The notes beneath the pieces are model-generated. The model saw only the letters and a program-made list of their open reading frames with translations. It searched no databases and was not told where the DNA came from. From Rhina ancylostomus (lineage: Eukaryota): a DNA stretch of 64,000 nucleotides. Of the stretch, positions 37,122 through 50,627 are shown piece after piece. The first letter of the stretch is position 1, and every line of letters starts with the position of its first letter. The DNA is taken from NCBI GenBank assembly GCA_030265395.1, contig JARFYF010000036.1, positions 18,470,943 to 18,534,942 on the forward strand. Reading direction: 5' to 3'. The position numbers and the translations under genes are program-made.

Positions 37122-40100
37122 TATTGCATATTTCTAGATTCAGAGTATGACCCCAGCTCAGGCTGAGTGCAATAGTCTAAATCTAATTGGGACTTTATAC
37201 TTTCTTTTCATAGTGGGGAAAATGAGTGCAACACCAATAAAGCCATCCTCCATCCTCCATCCCCCATTTCCCATCATTGAATCATCAAAACTATACTTGC
37301 AGATTGGGATTCTGAATATTGAGATGAAGCTATTTCTTTTGGGTTTTTTTAACAGCAATTGAGAAATTTATGTTTCTTTGTAAACATTATCAATCATTAT
37401 ACATGTAAACTTGATCATATTATTAAGATGTGCTTACTCCTACTACAGATTGACTTTTGCTAGTTTTCAGACCAACAAAGGGAACCTTTAGCTATGATGG
37501 ACCAATGCATTTCAGAAAATGCCAAAACACCCCCCTTTAAGTACTGATCTTGTGGAATAACATTAGCAATGGTTCATAGCCTCTCCAGCCAGGCCATTCA
37601 GGCTGCCTGAGGGAAAAGACATACAATTCAGATGAAATCAAGTTTAAAATGATGAATGCTCCCTGTGTTCTGATCTAGTTCATTAAGAGTACTGCATAAC
37701 CAAGCAGAAATAAAATTAACCAAAGTGAATGCTAACTTATTGCTTTGCCTACAGTTATATTCAATCCCACCATAAGCGGCTCTGTATATTGAATTTCAGC
37801 CATTAGCACATATAATTGGGACTTGGGTTTCAGTTAAATACCCTTTAAACATAAAGGCACTGAAGTTTGTGTTGATATCTTTTGAAGTCAAGCAGTGAGC
37901 TTTGAAAGCAATTTGTTTTCTGTGTTTTGCAAGATGCAATACTATTTCTTTCGAAAGGACGGTTAAATCTCAGATTGCTTCTTTAGGCAGAACATGAATC
38001 CTATATAAAGTCAAACATATCTACTGCCCTCCTCTGCTTACTCCATAGTATTTTAAAATTCTAGATTATTGTTGAATGTTGAGGAAGATGAGAGACACTG
38101 CAAAGACTGTTATCTGAATGGTTTATAAAACTAAGTTGTAGATTTAATGCTGGCATTTTTAATAATGATACAGATTAACCTGTAAAAGACTTCTCCCATT
38201 TCATGCAACAGTAGATCAGATAATTTATAAATTATTTTTGCTCAGAAGGTATTAATCCTTCAGGACATTTGATTTAAAGGCATTTTTTCAAGTATGGTTG
38301 GTTTGTGATATTATGCTGATGAAAATATGACATTTACTCTTGTAAAGAGGCATTCAGTTCCTGAGGCTGAAATGCCTGAAGTCCAGCGGTCCTTTCTGAA
38401 GGATGCAGGGCTCAGACTTCTATCTACCAGCTGGCCTCATCCAGTGGATAGCATTGTTTTAAGATACAGTGTAGATGGTCAACACCTGCAGCATATTCAA
38501 AGAAAAAGTCAAGCAGGGTCTGTAATTGGAAGTAATAGAAAAACAATTTGCCTTTTTTCACAGTCTTTCATGTAGAAATGCTCTAGAAATAGAGAGTTTC
38601 ATAAAGGAATAACCAGAAATAAAGACCTCCAACTTACTTGGATTCAGAACCCACACCTGCTCTCGAAAGGCGTGGGAAATGCTGGGCTGAGCAAAGTTGT
38701 CGAGAATTTCCTCCTCCATCCATGGCTCGAAGCAGCAATGGCATCATGGAGCTGGGATAGATTACTTTTGGAAGGGGTAGCAGAAGGTTGGCTACAGATT
38801 TCAATGCAAACAGATAATCAAGTGTATAGATCTACAGAAAAAATAATTTCTTTGTGGGAGGTTAGATAATCAACAAGTAATGGCATAATTGGCATGATCA
38901 ATTTAAGTATCAAAATAGAGCACAGCAAAGTAGAATTACTTTGAATTTACTTTACAGAATGGAACTATGCATCCTGATGGATTATTCTCGAGTTTTCTAT
39001 AATGGTGCTGGATATTTGGTGTAGTACTTGACCACATCAGGCACATCATGAGCTTCTCTCTAAGCACTTAGTGGACCTCTAAGCCAATACATAGGCCTTG
39101 GACTCAACATCTGAGCATCATGGAGCATCGTTGACTTCAGTCAATTATTCTAATTTTTAAAATATATTTACCATTGACAATTTGACAAGTTAATTTTTAA
39201 TTGCACAGCTAAAAAGTATTTTTATTGATATGCTGATCAAAGAATCATTGTATCAGACAATCTAACCCAGCAAGTGAATTGACCAGTACTTAGATCAGCT
39301 TAAATGAAATGTAATTGTCAAAGCTTGAGATTCTCAATGGCTCACAAACTAAGTGTGCAATAGGCACTGGTCTGCATTGAGAGAGCAGAAAGATAAAGGG
39401 CCTGGAGCGTCAGATACAGAGTAATGCAATAACACCCCATTGGAAGCAACCAATTATATTTTTGATTATTTAATTCACTTTCATATGCAATTAGTTAAAC
39501 TATTGAAGCTGTTTCAGGTTATTATTCTAAAGCTTTTATGAGCTGTAATATGTTTGCTTAATTATAATCAATTAAAATGAGCAAAAATTATTGTGATCTT
39601 TTTGCCAGGAAAATCTATCAGTAAAATGATTTGATAAACTAAGATCATGTTACATTCAAAATTGTGGATACAAAAATAATCAATATATTGAATTTCTGTT
39701 AAAACCAACTTGCTTCAGGTGAATTTGTGAATTGTGCCCTGGGGATTATTTTAAAATAATAAATATGATTAATTGTACCAAGAATATAACTCCAGGGATA
39801 CATTCATAGTTCAGTAATTAAATAAATGAAATTACACAATTTATTCCTTATTTAATTTTCCCACCAGATAGAAAATATATTATGTGGTTAAATCAAATCT
39901 AATCATATTTAATGCTTATGAGTCATTGTTAGGTGGTGCTGTATTGGATTTACACAGTTTAATGTTCAGTATTTCTTTTTATCAAGAGGTTTAAGTGCCT
40001 AGAAATTGGAACAAGTTACACCAGGCTTCTGGGCACCACACAGTGCAACTATGATTAATATCGGTGATTTGCCATGTAGATTGTGAAGTCCGTGACTTTC

Positions 40101-43049
40101 ATTCCAGGTCCTCTGTGTGTCCACTGTTCTACTGCAATATGCATTTAGATGTCATATACATATTTTAAGTTGCACATGCATGTTCCATGTTATTCATAGT
40201 CTAATCATGTAGAGCAAAGCTGTACCAACTGAACATGTTTCATTGCATTTTAAAGCAGGCATCCAATTGTCAATGTTTTGGATTGAACCCCGGCATCAGT
40301 TCCTCCATAAGATTGTTTGTTGCTCCCTTTTCAGCATCACCAGTCTTCTGTGTCTCCAATGACCTCTGTAAGTTGTTTAGTGTTCATTAGGACCCCCAGT
40401 GCATCCCACCACATGGCACCCCACATAAACTTATGACCATCTACCAACCCCTCACTAACCAATCTATTGCCTGACCTGCCTGGACAACAGGCCTTAGAGC
40501 AGCAGAGACCCTCCTGACTATCTCCCATCATCTGATAGTTGATTGTAACCCCAATACACCTACATAAATGCTGATTGTTCTCAGGCAGCCACCCCGCACT
40601 CCCAACGACTAATCACAAGCCCTGGTCAGATTACTCCCATCTCTCTGACTATCCAACACTTCTTCATCTTTTTAGTCCATTGTTTTATCAGGCATTGACC
40701 AATAAAGTTGACTAGAAATTCAAAAGCAGAATGTTTTCTTTCTGAGCTTTTCTTTTATTTTTACTGGTATGAAGGATGATAATAGTCTGTTCCAAGTGGT
40801 TTGAGGTCCTGCAAAAATTTTAAAAGGAGTGGGCCCCTGTTGGTGAGATTACCACATCACTTGTGCTTGGGATGATAATATTCTCTCAAACAACCCTNNN
40901 NNNNNNNNNNNNNNNNNNNNNNNNNNNNNNNNNNNNNNNNNNNNNNNNNNNNNNNNNNNNNNNNNNNNNNNNNNNNNNNNNNNNNNNNNNNNNNNNNCTT
41001 AGGCAGTGCATTGCTTGATTAGGACTCCCCCTTATCTTTGATCCTGGACAATCCTCACATAAAATCATGACCCACCCACACACCTGATTCTAAAACTTCT
41101 CCTCACCCTCACAACTGCCTTTCTCCCCCTCCCCCAGGACATCAATGATCCCTCCGGCTCTCAAGGTCTCTCCAATCTCCTCTTCCAGCCCCAACCTTGA
41201 CCGTATACAAGCTCACTGTACTTAACTCCAGGCACCAGTCCTTCCAACTCTTCACTTCACTGACCACAAGTCCCACTCCGTCAAACCACTCACCCTTCCC
41301 TAATCACCTTCACCTCCTTCTGCATTTCTCCTGACACATCATAGTCTCCAGTCAATCCAGAAAAACTCTTCTCCCTCACAACTCAACCCAACACAGGTCT
41401 CCATTAGGTCTATATGCCTACCACCTCTGCCTCCACTTTGATCATATTAAAAGCAGGGATGGTGGCTATAGTCGTGGGCCTCTGATCCATGTGAAGTTTT
41501 CATGGTGTATTAGAATTTCAAAACACTGTGCATTATATTTGAATGATGTCTCATGGGGGAAATTAGATTTTTCTTGTTCCAAACTTAGTTAAATTTTTGG
41601 TTGCTGTCAGAAAAATCAGAAGTACAGTCTTCCAAAACTCCATTTCATTTTCTAAATGCCGCTGTGTTTACTCAGAATGTTAGTGTAGAAAGAACCCAAC
41701 AGATATTTTTAAATTGAAAAACCTGTACTGAGGTCAATAGTGCAAAGAATCACTTCAGGCTGAAAGTTGTAGGCAAACACAGGAGACAGAATTTTTCGGG
41801 GATGTTCAACATTTACTTCTAATGTCTATGGAATGTAAGAGGGACCAAAAACTGAGAGAGGTCACAAGAAAGAAGTGGAATCACTTTCAGTCTTGAAGCA
41901 TATACAATTGTGTACTTTCAACTTTAAAATACAATGTGCACCATTTTCTGTGATCTCATGTTAGATAAAACAAAACATAAATAACTGCTGGCTTCAATTC
42001 CCATTTAATGTTGCCTTCTTGAATATTCTTCAACTCCTCTAGGGATTCTTAAATGTGAAATATTGCTGGGCGACATTGGTATTTGACTGCATTTATAGTT
42101 ACTCTGTCTGCTATTTTAACAAGAGGTATTAATCTGGGCTTGCCCTTATGCATTTTGCTTTATAATATTGTGTTTATCATTGACAGTAATGAAATACCAA
42201 AAATATTCCCAATAAACAATTAAATCCTTGATCTTTTCACTCTGCTCAACACTTTTAATACATTTTTAATTGTATCTATTTACAGTTCAACTGATCTTAT
42301 TAGTTGATGAATTCCATTTTCATCACAATCAGATGAATTAATTTTACAGTTAAACTAAGAGCAAGACAAAACTACTAGTAGGAAATCAGGCATTTTTTCA
42401 AAAGCTGAAGGCTTTATAAAACAACTCTTGTTTGCTCAACAGAAGGACAACAGGAATATATTTTGTGTTTAGTGAGTCTTTCAGGGCTTCTTTGTCCCAC
42501 TGTAAATGATATTACCCATACACAATTCCATTCAATTTTCCTTGTTTGTTTCCATTACTTGGCATAATTTTATACAAAACCCAGTTCTGTGCACAGAATT
42601 CTTTTGTGTCGTTAATTGCAATCTGGAGTTCTGCATAAATTTTAACTAGGCAAATAATTTGACCTATCACATTTATTATTTTGGATGTTCAGTGATTCCA
42701 AATAACATCTCCTATACTTATGCATACACTTCTGTGAATTACTTTATGTAATTCCATATTCATGCACACTTCTAACATACATTTTCTTTGTTCAGGTGAA
42801 GACAGGCTGTCACTATTGGAAAGCGAAAAAATAGATTGGAATTCAAGGCTGAGTGGATCAATCTTTTACCATTTATTGAACCAACCATTGATTTCAATAG
42901 CAGGCAACTCATTCTGCACTAAAAATGCAATAAGTTTCTATTTATACAACACCTTTCACAGAGTATCAAGTCCTAGTAGGCATCGCAAAAGTGTCATCGA
43001 AGGAAGTTCAACACCAAGACACAAGGAGTTCTAAAATTTATGAAGTTAC

Positions 43050-43375
43050 AAAAGGCAAGGATAGGGTTGAGATTAGGAAATCTTTCCCCATAGCACAGGT
43101 GTCTAACACTTGAGGGTATAGATTCAGGATAAATTGTAAGAAGTTTAAAGGATCTGAGGAAGAAATGTTTCACTCGGAGGGAGGATGGGATCTACAATGC
43201 ACTGTCTGTGGGGGTGGTGAAGGCAGGTATTCTCACAACATTTAGATGAGTTCTTAAATTGCCAGAACATAGATGGATACAGACCAAATGCTGGTAAATA
43301 GGATTAATATAGATGGGTACTTGATAGTTAGCATGGACATGGTGGGACAAAGGGCCTGGTTCTGTGCTATTGGCC
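43050..43375 (+). mobile_element. CR1 LINE 3' end
   Basis: ggatagggttgagattaggaaatctttccccatagc...tttcactcggagggaggatgggatctacaatgcactgtctg...ggtgggacaaagggcctggttctgtgct. Confidence 0.75.
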
Positions 43376-43389
43376 CTTTTACCCCTATG

Positions 43390-43550
43390 GAATTGGAATA
43401 TTATTGTGACATGTACCAAAGTATAGTGAAAAACTTGTCTTGCATAGCGTTCATACAGATCAACTCATTACACAGTGCATTGAGGTAGAACAAGGTAAAA
43501 CATTAACAGAATGTAAAATAAAATGTAACAGCTGCAGAGAAAGTGCAGGG
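43390..43550 (-). mobile_element. Rex1/Babar 3' tail, tail-to-tail with the preceding CR1
   Basis: attattgtgacatgtaccaaagtatagtgaaaaacttgtcttgcatagcgttcatacagatcaactcattacacagtgcattgagg, homologous to 18623-18800. Confidence 0.8.
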
Positions 43551-44229
43551 CTATTGGTGATGGTGGAATATTAACTGACATGTGTAACAAAGAGAATCTC
43601 AAACTAAGATTTAGTACTACTTAGTCTTTATTAGTGTTCAAATTACCTAGACATGCCGGCATGCAATTACTTGTAATAACTCCAAATTTGATTGACTGTT
43701 CTAACTTATCACTCATCATGTTACATCACAACACTCACAGCTTGGGCTTTAAATACTACTGGTGTGAGGTAAACTGGGCAGACCCACTCAGGTGGGGGTT
43801 GTAGTCTTCTCTGAGTTCCGAACTCAGGGTCTTCCTTCTGTGATGTTGTTCCTGGGTATCACCACTGATATTCTCAATGGCACCACTTTTATTCATTTTT
43901 TTCTGATATTCCAGAAGGTTTGTTGATCTACCCCTGCCCAGGACCCTAATGACTCTGTGGTCATTCATCCAAGCATTGGGTAACAGGATGTGTTTGTTCC
44001 ATTGTTCCTTTTTCCATCCTTAATTTAAGGAACTGTGCTTCCATTGAGGTTGAGCAACTCTTCACAATTGGCTGCAGATGTCTGGTTCCACTTCCTCTTT
44101 ATATCAGTCAGTAGAGTTCATGTAAGCTTAACTTCTATTCCCATCTTTCTCAGAAAGGTTTAGCTGTTCGCCATACAGCTACAATGCTGTACAACTCCAT
44201 AGCTCTGTGAGATATGTGGAACAAAGCTT

Positions 44230-44630
44230 CATTAATGAGGTAGGTTTTAACAGTTGATTTAGAGGACGGATTTAGGAAGGGAATTCCAGAGCTCAGGGCT
44301 CTGGCAGCTGAAGGATGACTATGAATGGTGGAACATTTAAAATTATGTGTGTTCAAGAGGTGAGAATCAGGGCAGTGTATGTGACTCAAAAGCTTGCTAC
44401 AATGATAAGGAGAGCAATGTTATGAAGAGCTCAAAAGCTGGCTAGATACCTTTAAGATTATGATGATGCTTAACTGGAGACCAACATTGGTCCACAAGTA
44501 TAAGACTGAATGGTTCCTAGTACAAGTTAGAAGGTAGAACTGTCTTTGGAGGTGGAAGAAGAGAGTCTGCCCTGGATTTCATTGTCAGTTATCTAAAGGT
44601 AGCAAAGGCATGGATGAGGGAGGAAAGATG
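44230..44630 (-). mobile_element. L2 LINE 3' fragment
   Basis: gaggtaggttttaacag...ggatttaggaagggaattccagagctcagggctctggcagctgaagg is the reverse complement of the L2 AFS..AP.LWNSLP region. Confidence 0.65.
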
Positions 44631-45164
44631 ATATTCTACACGATGCTTCTACAGTTGCCCTGAACATAAAGAACTTCCAAACCATTGCAGCATTCCCAAG
44701 TCTAAAAATATTTCTACAATTTCTCATTACAGTCCTTTAATTTCCATGTCAGTGCAGTGCACAAGTCTGACACTTCTTAAACTTTTTGCAACAAATTGAA
44801 ACTTAGAACTTGTAGCCCACTAGACCGGAAAGTGGGCCACTTTCAGTCTGTTGGATCCGAATGAAACTGAAACAAAGCTGTATTAGTTTTAGATGAAATT
44901 GAGCAGGTGAAGGAATAATATGCAAAATGCATTCCTCATATTCTCATTTATGCTTAATTATGATTCAAGCATCACTTTAATTCTAAGCTATTTGTCCATC
45001 TAAACCCTGCAATTACATTATTTTTTAAAATTGATTTGGTTCAAATATTACAAAGTGGAAAGCTGAGCAGAAACATGCAGTTCTCTCAAATAGTTACCTC
45101 TGCACTTCAAGGTCCATTCACAGATTGTCAACCCACAATTATTAGTAGTTCAACATTCAACAAC

Positions 45165-45478
45165 GTTGGCAGCATAGTAGCACAGTAGGTAGTGTGATCT
45201 GAGCATCTAGGGAAACCTATGTGGTCTCTCTGACCCTGTGAGTTTCCATTGAGTACTCCACTTCTCTTCCACATCCTAAAGATGTACTGGTAAGTTAATT
45301 GGTGACTGTAAATTAACCCAATTATTGGTGGGTTGAAAAAGATTCAGGGGGAGGGTGGTGGAATTAATGGATTTGTGGGAAAAGAATGTAACAGGGAAAG
45401 AAGTGGCCAATAGGACTGATCAAAAGCTCTGAGACTTGGCATGGATTAAAAGGGCCAAATGGCCTCCTGTGATTTATA
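45165..45478 (+). mobile_element. V-SINE with CR1-type tail
   Basis: ggcagcatagtagcacagtaggtag head; tctctctgaccctgtgagtttccattgagtactccacttctcttccacatcctaaagatgt core; tail gggccaaatggcctcctgtg. Confidence 0.65.
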
Positions 45479-45479
45479 A

Positions 45480-46910
45480 GATCATAGAATGGTTACAGCA
45501 CAGAAGGAGGCACATTGTGTCCCCACCATCTCTCTACCAGGACAATGACCAACTGCTCTCTCTGCTCCCAAATCTGAAGGCTTACAGATGTTTTCTTTGC
45601 AATTTCCCCACAATGGAACCTGCCTCCACCACATCTGCAAGCAGTATATTCCAACCACACATTGCATAAAGGTTTTACTCATGTCATTCTTAATTCCCTT
45701 CCATTTCATTCTATACCTGTGACTGCCAGTCTTTAACCCCTCCATCAGTGGGAACAGCCACTCAATCTAGACCCCTCATCAATTAGTATGCTTCTGTCAA
45801 ATTTCCTCTCAGCCATCCTTTAAGAAAAGTTAACAGTCTCAGTCTCTCTAATCTAACTTTTTAACAGCCATCTCTCATTCCAGGACCATTTGGGTAAATC
45901 TTGTCTGGACTTCCTCAAATACTCTCACATCATTCCTTTTATATGGCAACCAGAAATGAACACCATAATCCAGTTGAGACTGGATCAATGTTTGGAGAAG
46001 TTCAACATGACTTCCCTATTTTTGTGCTCTGTGCTTCTTCTGACAAAGCCCAGAATATTAAATGCCTTTTTCCTACTTTCTCAATCTTTTATGCTACATT
46101 CAATGATTTCCATCCATGTGCACCCAGGTCTCTCTGTCCTGCATATTTTTCAGAACAGTATCCTTTATTACCTCTTCTACGTCCTACCAAAATCCATGAC
46201 GTCATACTTCTCTACATTAAAGCTCACTGACCATGCCCCTGCCCATTGTGCCAGTCTCTTCATATATTGCTGAAGTTTACCATGACCCTCTCTGCAGTTC
46301 ACAACACTCTCAAATCTTGTGTCATCTGCAAATTTAGAAATTGTGGCTCACACCTTCAAATCTAGGTCATTAATGTGGACCAAACAAAACAATGGCTCTA
46401 ATTCCTGGGGAATACCACTATTCACATTCCTCCAGTCCAAAGCACAACCATTCATCATGATCCTCTGTTGTCTGCTACTTAGCCAACTGTATATCTACAC
46501 TATTGCTTTCCCTTTCATACCACGTGCTTCAATTTTACTGATAAGCCTGTTATGTGCCACTTTATTAAAAGCCTTTTGGAAGTCCATATACATCACATCT
46601 AATCCATTATCCCCAGAAAAAGTTCTATCAAATGCACTAAACATGATTTACTCTCAATAAATCAATGCTGGTTTGCCTTAATTAATCTGTTTTCTTCCAG
46701 ATGACTATTAATCCTTTCTTGGATCAACGTTTCTAAAATCTTCTGACAATTCAGGTTAAACTGGCTGCATTACATTCCTTGCCTTGTCCTTACTCCCGTT
46801 TTTTAAACAAGGGAATAACATTTGCCAGGCCTCAGGCATTATCCCAGCATCCAAAGAGCACTGAAAGATTATGGTCAGGCCCTCACACTTTGTTCCCTAC
46901 ATCCCTCAGA
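45480..46910 (-). mobile_element. Old CR1 LINE (RT to 3' end)
   Basis: gtgccactttattaaaagccttttggaagtccatatacatcacatc = DVMYMDFQKAFNKVAH on minus; aatttgcagatgacac = FADDT; tail atcatagaatggttacagcacagaaggagg. Confidence 0.85.
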
Positions 46911-46949
46911 ATCCTTCAGTTTTCCAAGAAAATATGAGAAGAATTCTTA

Positions 46950-47023
46950 TTGCCTCCTGACTAAAGTTAGGAGTCATGTTGCTGACTCATGTCCTGACTG
47001 ATGTTGCCTCCTGACTAAAGTTA
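46950..47023. repeat. 20-bp direct repeat flanking a 34-bp insert
   Basis: ttgcctcctgactaaagtta at 46950-46969 and 47004-47023. Confidence 0.85.
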
Positions 47024-47632
47024 AGTTGTGGCACCATAGGGAAGAAAGGATCGATTCCTGTGTTAGTTTCAATCTTCATGCCAGCAAAATAAGAACGCTA
47101 GGACATAGCCGACTCTAATAAAATTGCTGCAAGGATAATGATAAAAAGACAACATTTAATTTGTGGGAAGTGTCACATATATGATGATTTGCAAAGGCTT
47201 GAAATGTGAAGTCATTTTATGGCAATGTGACAAATTGCTCAAGAAACTGGTGATGACAAATACGTTATTAAAATGCTTTGGACTATAGCTGAAATAGTAC
47301 TTGTTGGACAACAGAATTTACCAGCATGCTGACACTGTGGCAAGAGCAGGACCAAGATATCATTTATGAAGAGGTGAGGTACTTAAACGCAAACTGCCCT
47401 GGGAGGAGCAGAATGTTGAATATCACATAAGAGTATTACTCTCATATGAATGAGAACATATCGAAGCTATAAATAAGCTTTAGTGAAGTATCTAAATCAA
47501 ATGCATATAGGTGTTGAGTCTCAGAGCTCCTGAATAGAATAAAAGATAATATCTCTTCAAGTGTTATGATTGCAACTGGTCCTCTGCAGCTAATACTATT
47601 GCAGGAGAGCAGCTTAGTGATGAAAACCAAAA

Positions 47633-47780
47633 ATAAGATACCTTTATTAGTCACATGTACATCGAAACATACAGTGAAATGCATCTTTTGCTTAGAGTGT
47701 TCTGGGGCAGCCCGCAAGTGTTGCCACACTTCCAGTGCCAACATAGCATGCCCACAACTTCCTAACCTGTACATCTTTGG
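47633..47780 (-). mobile_element. Young V-SINE with Rex/Babar-like tail (5' part in gap)
   Basis: Near-identical to 50630-50780. Confidence 0.85.
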
Positions 47781-48982
47781 NNNNNNNNNNNNNNNNNNNN
47801 NNNNNNNNNNNNNNNNNNNNNNNNNNNNNNNNNNNNNNNNNNNNNNNNNNNNNNNNNNNNNNNNNNNNNNNNNNNNNNNNCTTTGCCTGGGTTTAACATC
47901 TGAACATTTTTATTAACCAGCACCAGCTTGGCTTGCTTTCCCTCTCTTTTCACAGCCACTTCCTGTTCCCTCAGTGACCCCTTGCATTGCCTACTTGGAA
48001 CTGTAGTTCTTTATTATAACTACATAATAACACATAATTACACAGGTTTGTATTGTGGCTAGAACTTCTTGAGCGTCTGAAATTATTCATTCCAACAATA
48101 CCTCTACCATTTGTGCCTTTTGATTTTATTGGCAATTGTGGCACAAGCCACTCAAGGTGAGCTTAAGATTATTGAATTAATAATGAAGCTCAAAGATATA
48201 GGTGTGTGTTCAGTGAAGGATGACCATCTAGGAGTTTTGGAGCATCCTTACTCCTACCTCGTCTCTTGGGTATTGTTCTTAACAAACTGTTGTCATTGCT
48301 ATAATGAATAATCAGGGACAGAGAGCATAACTAGAGCTCTGTAAGCTGCTGAATTTTCCTTAATAATTTTCAGAGTTGGGATCAATGAAGGTTACTTCTT
48401 TGCCTGGAGATAAAATGGGTTAATTGTAATTATTCCTCTGTATGTAAACTGCTTTGGAAGATTGAGATAAAATCACTAATTACTGATTAGTGATTTTTGC
48501 AAGTTAGGAGCAGAAGTGGGCTGCTTGAGCCTGCTCCACATGTCTTTTGGGTGATTTGTTTCAAATGAACTGTTTATTGGAGCAGAGTACGTTAGCCAGC
48601 CAATACTATAACCCCTCATTAATCCCAGAAGTCAAAGACAAATTTCTACCCCATTGTGTGTCTCTTGGTCAAACACAATAAAAGGATTGACAACCATATG
48701 GTTGTCAAATAGAATTGGTCTGACTGCATGATTTTTGTCCTTCCATTCCTTTCTAAAATTGCCATCCCTTTTCAAAAAATCCCTTCCTCCCCCTCTCTCC
48801 ATATCCCTCATGCTGTTCCAGGGTGCTCCTTAAGGCCTCGCACTGCACAAAGTTCTCTGGTGAACCAGTACTGACCAACGTTGTTCTTAGTTTTGCAGTG
48901 TGAGGTAAAAGTCAGGGTACATGGTTGGAAAGTTGAGCTACTGCATTGTCCTTTTGTGAGTTCAAAGTTAGGCACAATAGCA

Positions 48983-49190
48983 GACTGGAGATGTTGAGGC
49001 ACGATAGACTTCCAGTCTTCCACTATCTTGAAAAATCAAGAAGTGCTGAAGCAACAGCATCCCTACTACCTTTCTTACATGAGCGAAAGGAACTTTTGAA
49101 CCCAGATTGGTCTAATCAGCCATCTCTGCACACATCGCAACACTATTGTCTTGATTTCATGGTCTTACTCAAGAATGAGTGACGAACAGC
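48983..49190 (+). mobile_element. RTE-clade LINE 3' end
   Basis: EMLRHDRL (cf. WE.LA.DR..W) and F*TQIGLISHLCTHR at 49094-49138 (cf. RTE C-terminal FRARIGL.SH.RTH), then a short tail catggtcttactcaagaatgagtgacgaac. Confidence 0.65.
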
Positions 49191-49559
49191 AACCTAGGCT
49201 AGTAGGTTCTCATTCAAGACTGGCTGCAAGAGTGGAGGCTGGATGTTCAGTGGTGAATGACTCTTCCTGGCTGCCCAGATCCTTAAGATCATCTACAAAC
49301 TGTGAGCCAGGAATGTGATTAAATACTTTTATCTTACCTTATTGAGTCCAGCTCAAATTACTTGAGAAGCTCATCACCATTCAAACCATCTGTCTGTTTA
49401 TACATTCAGGAGATGTGAGTATTCCTGGAAGGCACTTGCACTGGAGAAACTAAATGTAGATTGGGTGACTTTTTTTGGAACACCCTCCATTCAGACCATG
49501 AGCAGAATCCTGAGATTCTGGTCACCTGTTCCTTATCTCCTTTTGACTTGCTCCCAGTG

Positions 49560-49910
49560 TCCTCAGCCTTCTTCACTGTTCCAGTGACTCAAAGAATAAC
49601 CGCTCCCCTTCCAAGAACATACATTACAGCATTCTGAACATTGATAACATCAGATATCAGTATTTCCTTTCATGTTATCAATGCCATCTCTCTTTTTGAT
49701 TCAATCTTTCCTTCCACAATTTCAAATACTTCCCCTTCCCTTTCCTCTTGCCTTCACCCTTTCTCTGAATCTTAAAACTTGTTTGTCTCTAACTTTTCCT
49801 GAAACACAACAAATAACTTTGTCTCAGTCCCTGCAGATGCTGTCTGACCTGTTGAGTATACTCAGCATTTTTTGCTTTCACAGTACCTGCAGTATTTTGC
49901 TTTTCTGTCA
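49560..49910 (+). mobile_element. Decayed Penelope 3' end and pLTR
   Basis: cctcagccttcttcactgttccagtga; ends ctgcagatgctgtctgacctgttgagtatactcagcattttttgc. Confidence 0.6.
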
Positions 49911-50627
49911 CGGTGCTCTCAGTTATTGGCTATGCCTGAGACATTTTGCAGTAAAAATTGTTCACAATCCCATTCCCGTTATTAGATCAGTTTGGGTATG
50001 TTGTATTGAGAAAGCTAAGTCACAAATAAAAAGCTATTGTGCTTCTGTAGATGATGGCAGGACTGCTGTAATGAAATGATTCTGATTTCAATGGCTAAAG
50101 CATTAGAAACAGGGACCCCACTGATGTCTAGTATAGGCTGTTTTGGCTAGGTACCAGAAAATGACTCCGCAGTAAACTGGTTAATGATCCTTTATACCCA
50201 GAGCACCAGGCTCCCAGTAGAAGCACTTTCTACATTTTACACTGGAGTTAAGTCAAATATAACTATTATTCTTGTCCAACAATTTTTATGCATAACCTTA
50301 TTGAACTTGAATTCCTATTGCACATAGTAGCCTCTCAACATAATGAGAAGCCATGTTTCTTTCCTAAAGTGAATTCTTCACTTGCTCAGTGCAGGAGATT
50401 TTGTTCCAACAGAGAGCATTAATAATGTCTTCACTCGCTTTCCTTTTTCTGTGCCAGCCTCGGTCTTTGTGTTCTCCAAAGTGTCTCCTTCAGTGCAAAC
50501 CCTTATCCCCTCATTTATTGTTCTTCCTCAGCTCCAAGTACAGTGAAAACTTCCTCCTGCACACCCACTGTGGTGTATTTGGGTGCACCTTTCATCTGTT
50601 GCACTGCTGATTAGTTCCAACAACAAT

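Noticed and set aside
42770-43034. Strong-looking acceptor ctaacatacattttctttgttcag followed by an open frame (GEDRLSLLESEKIDW...)
   Set aside because: No convincing donor, unrecognisable peptide, and the frame runs into an L2-like tail remnant.
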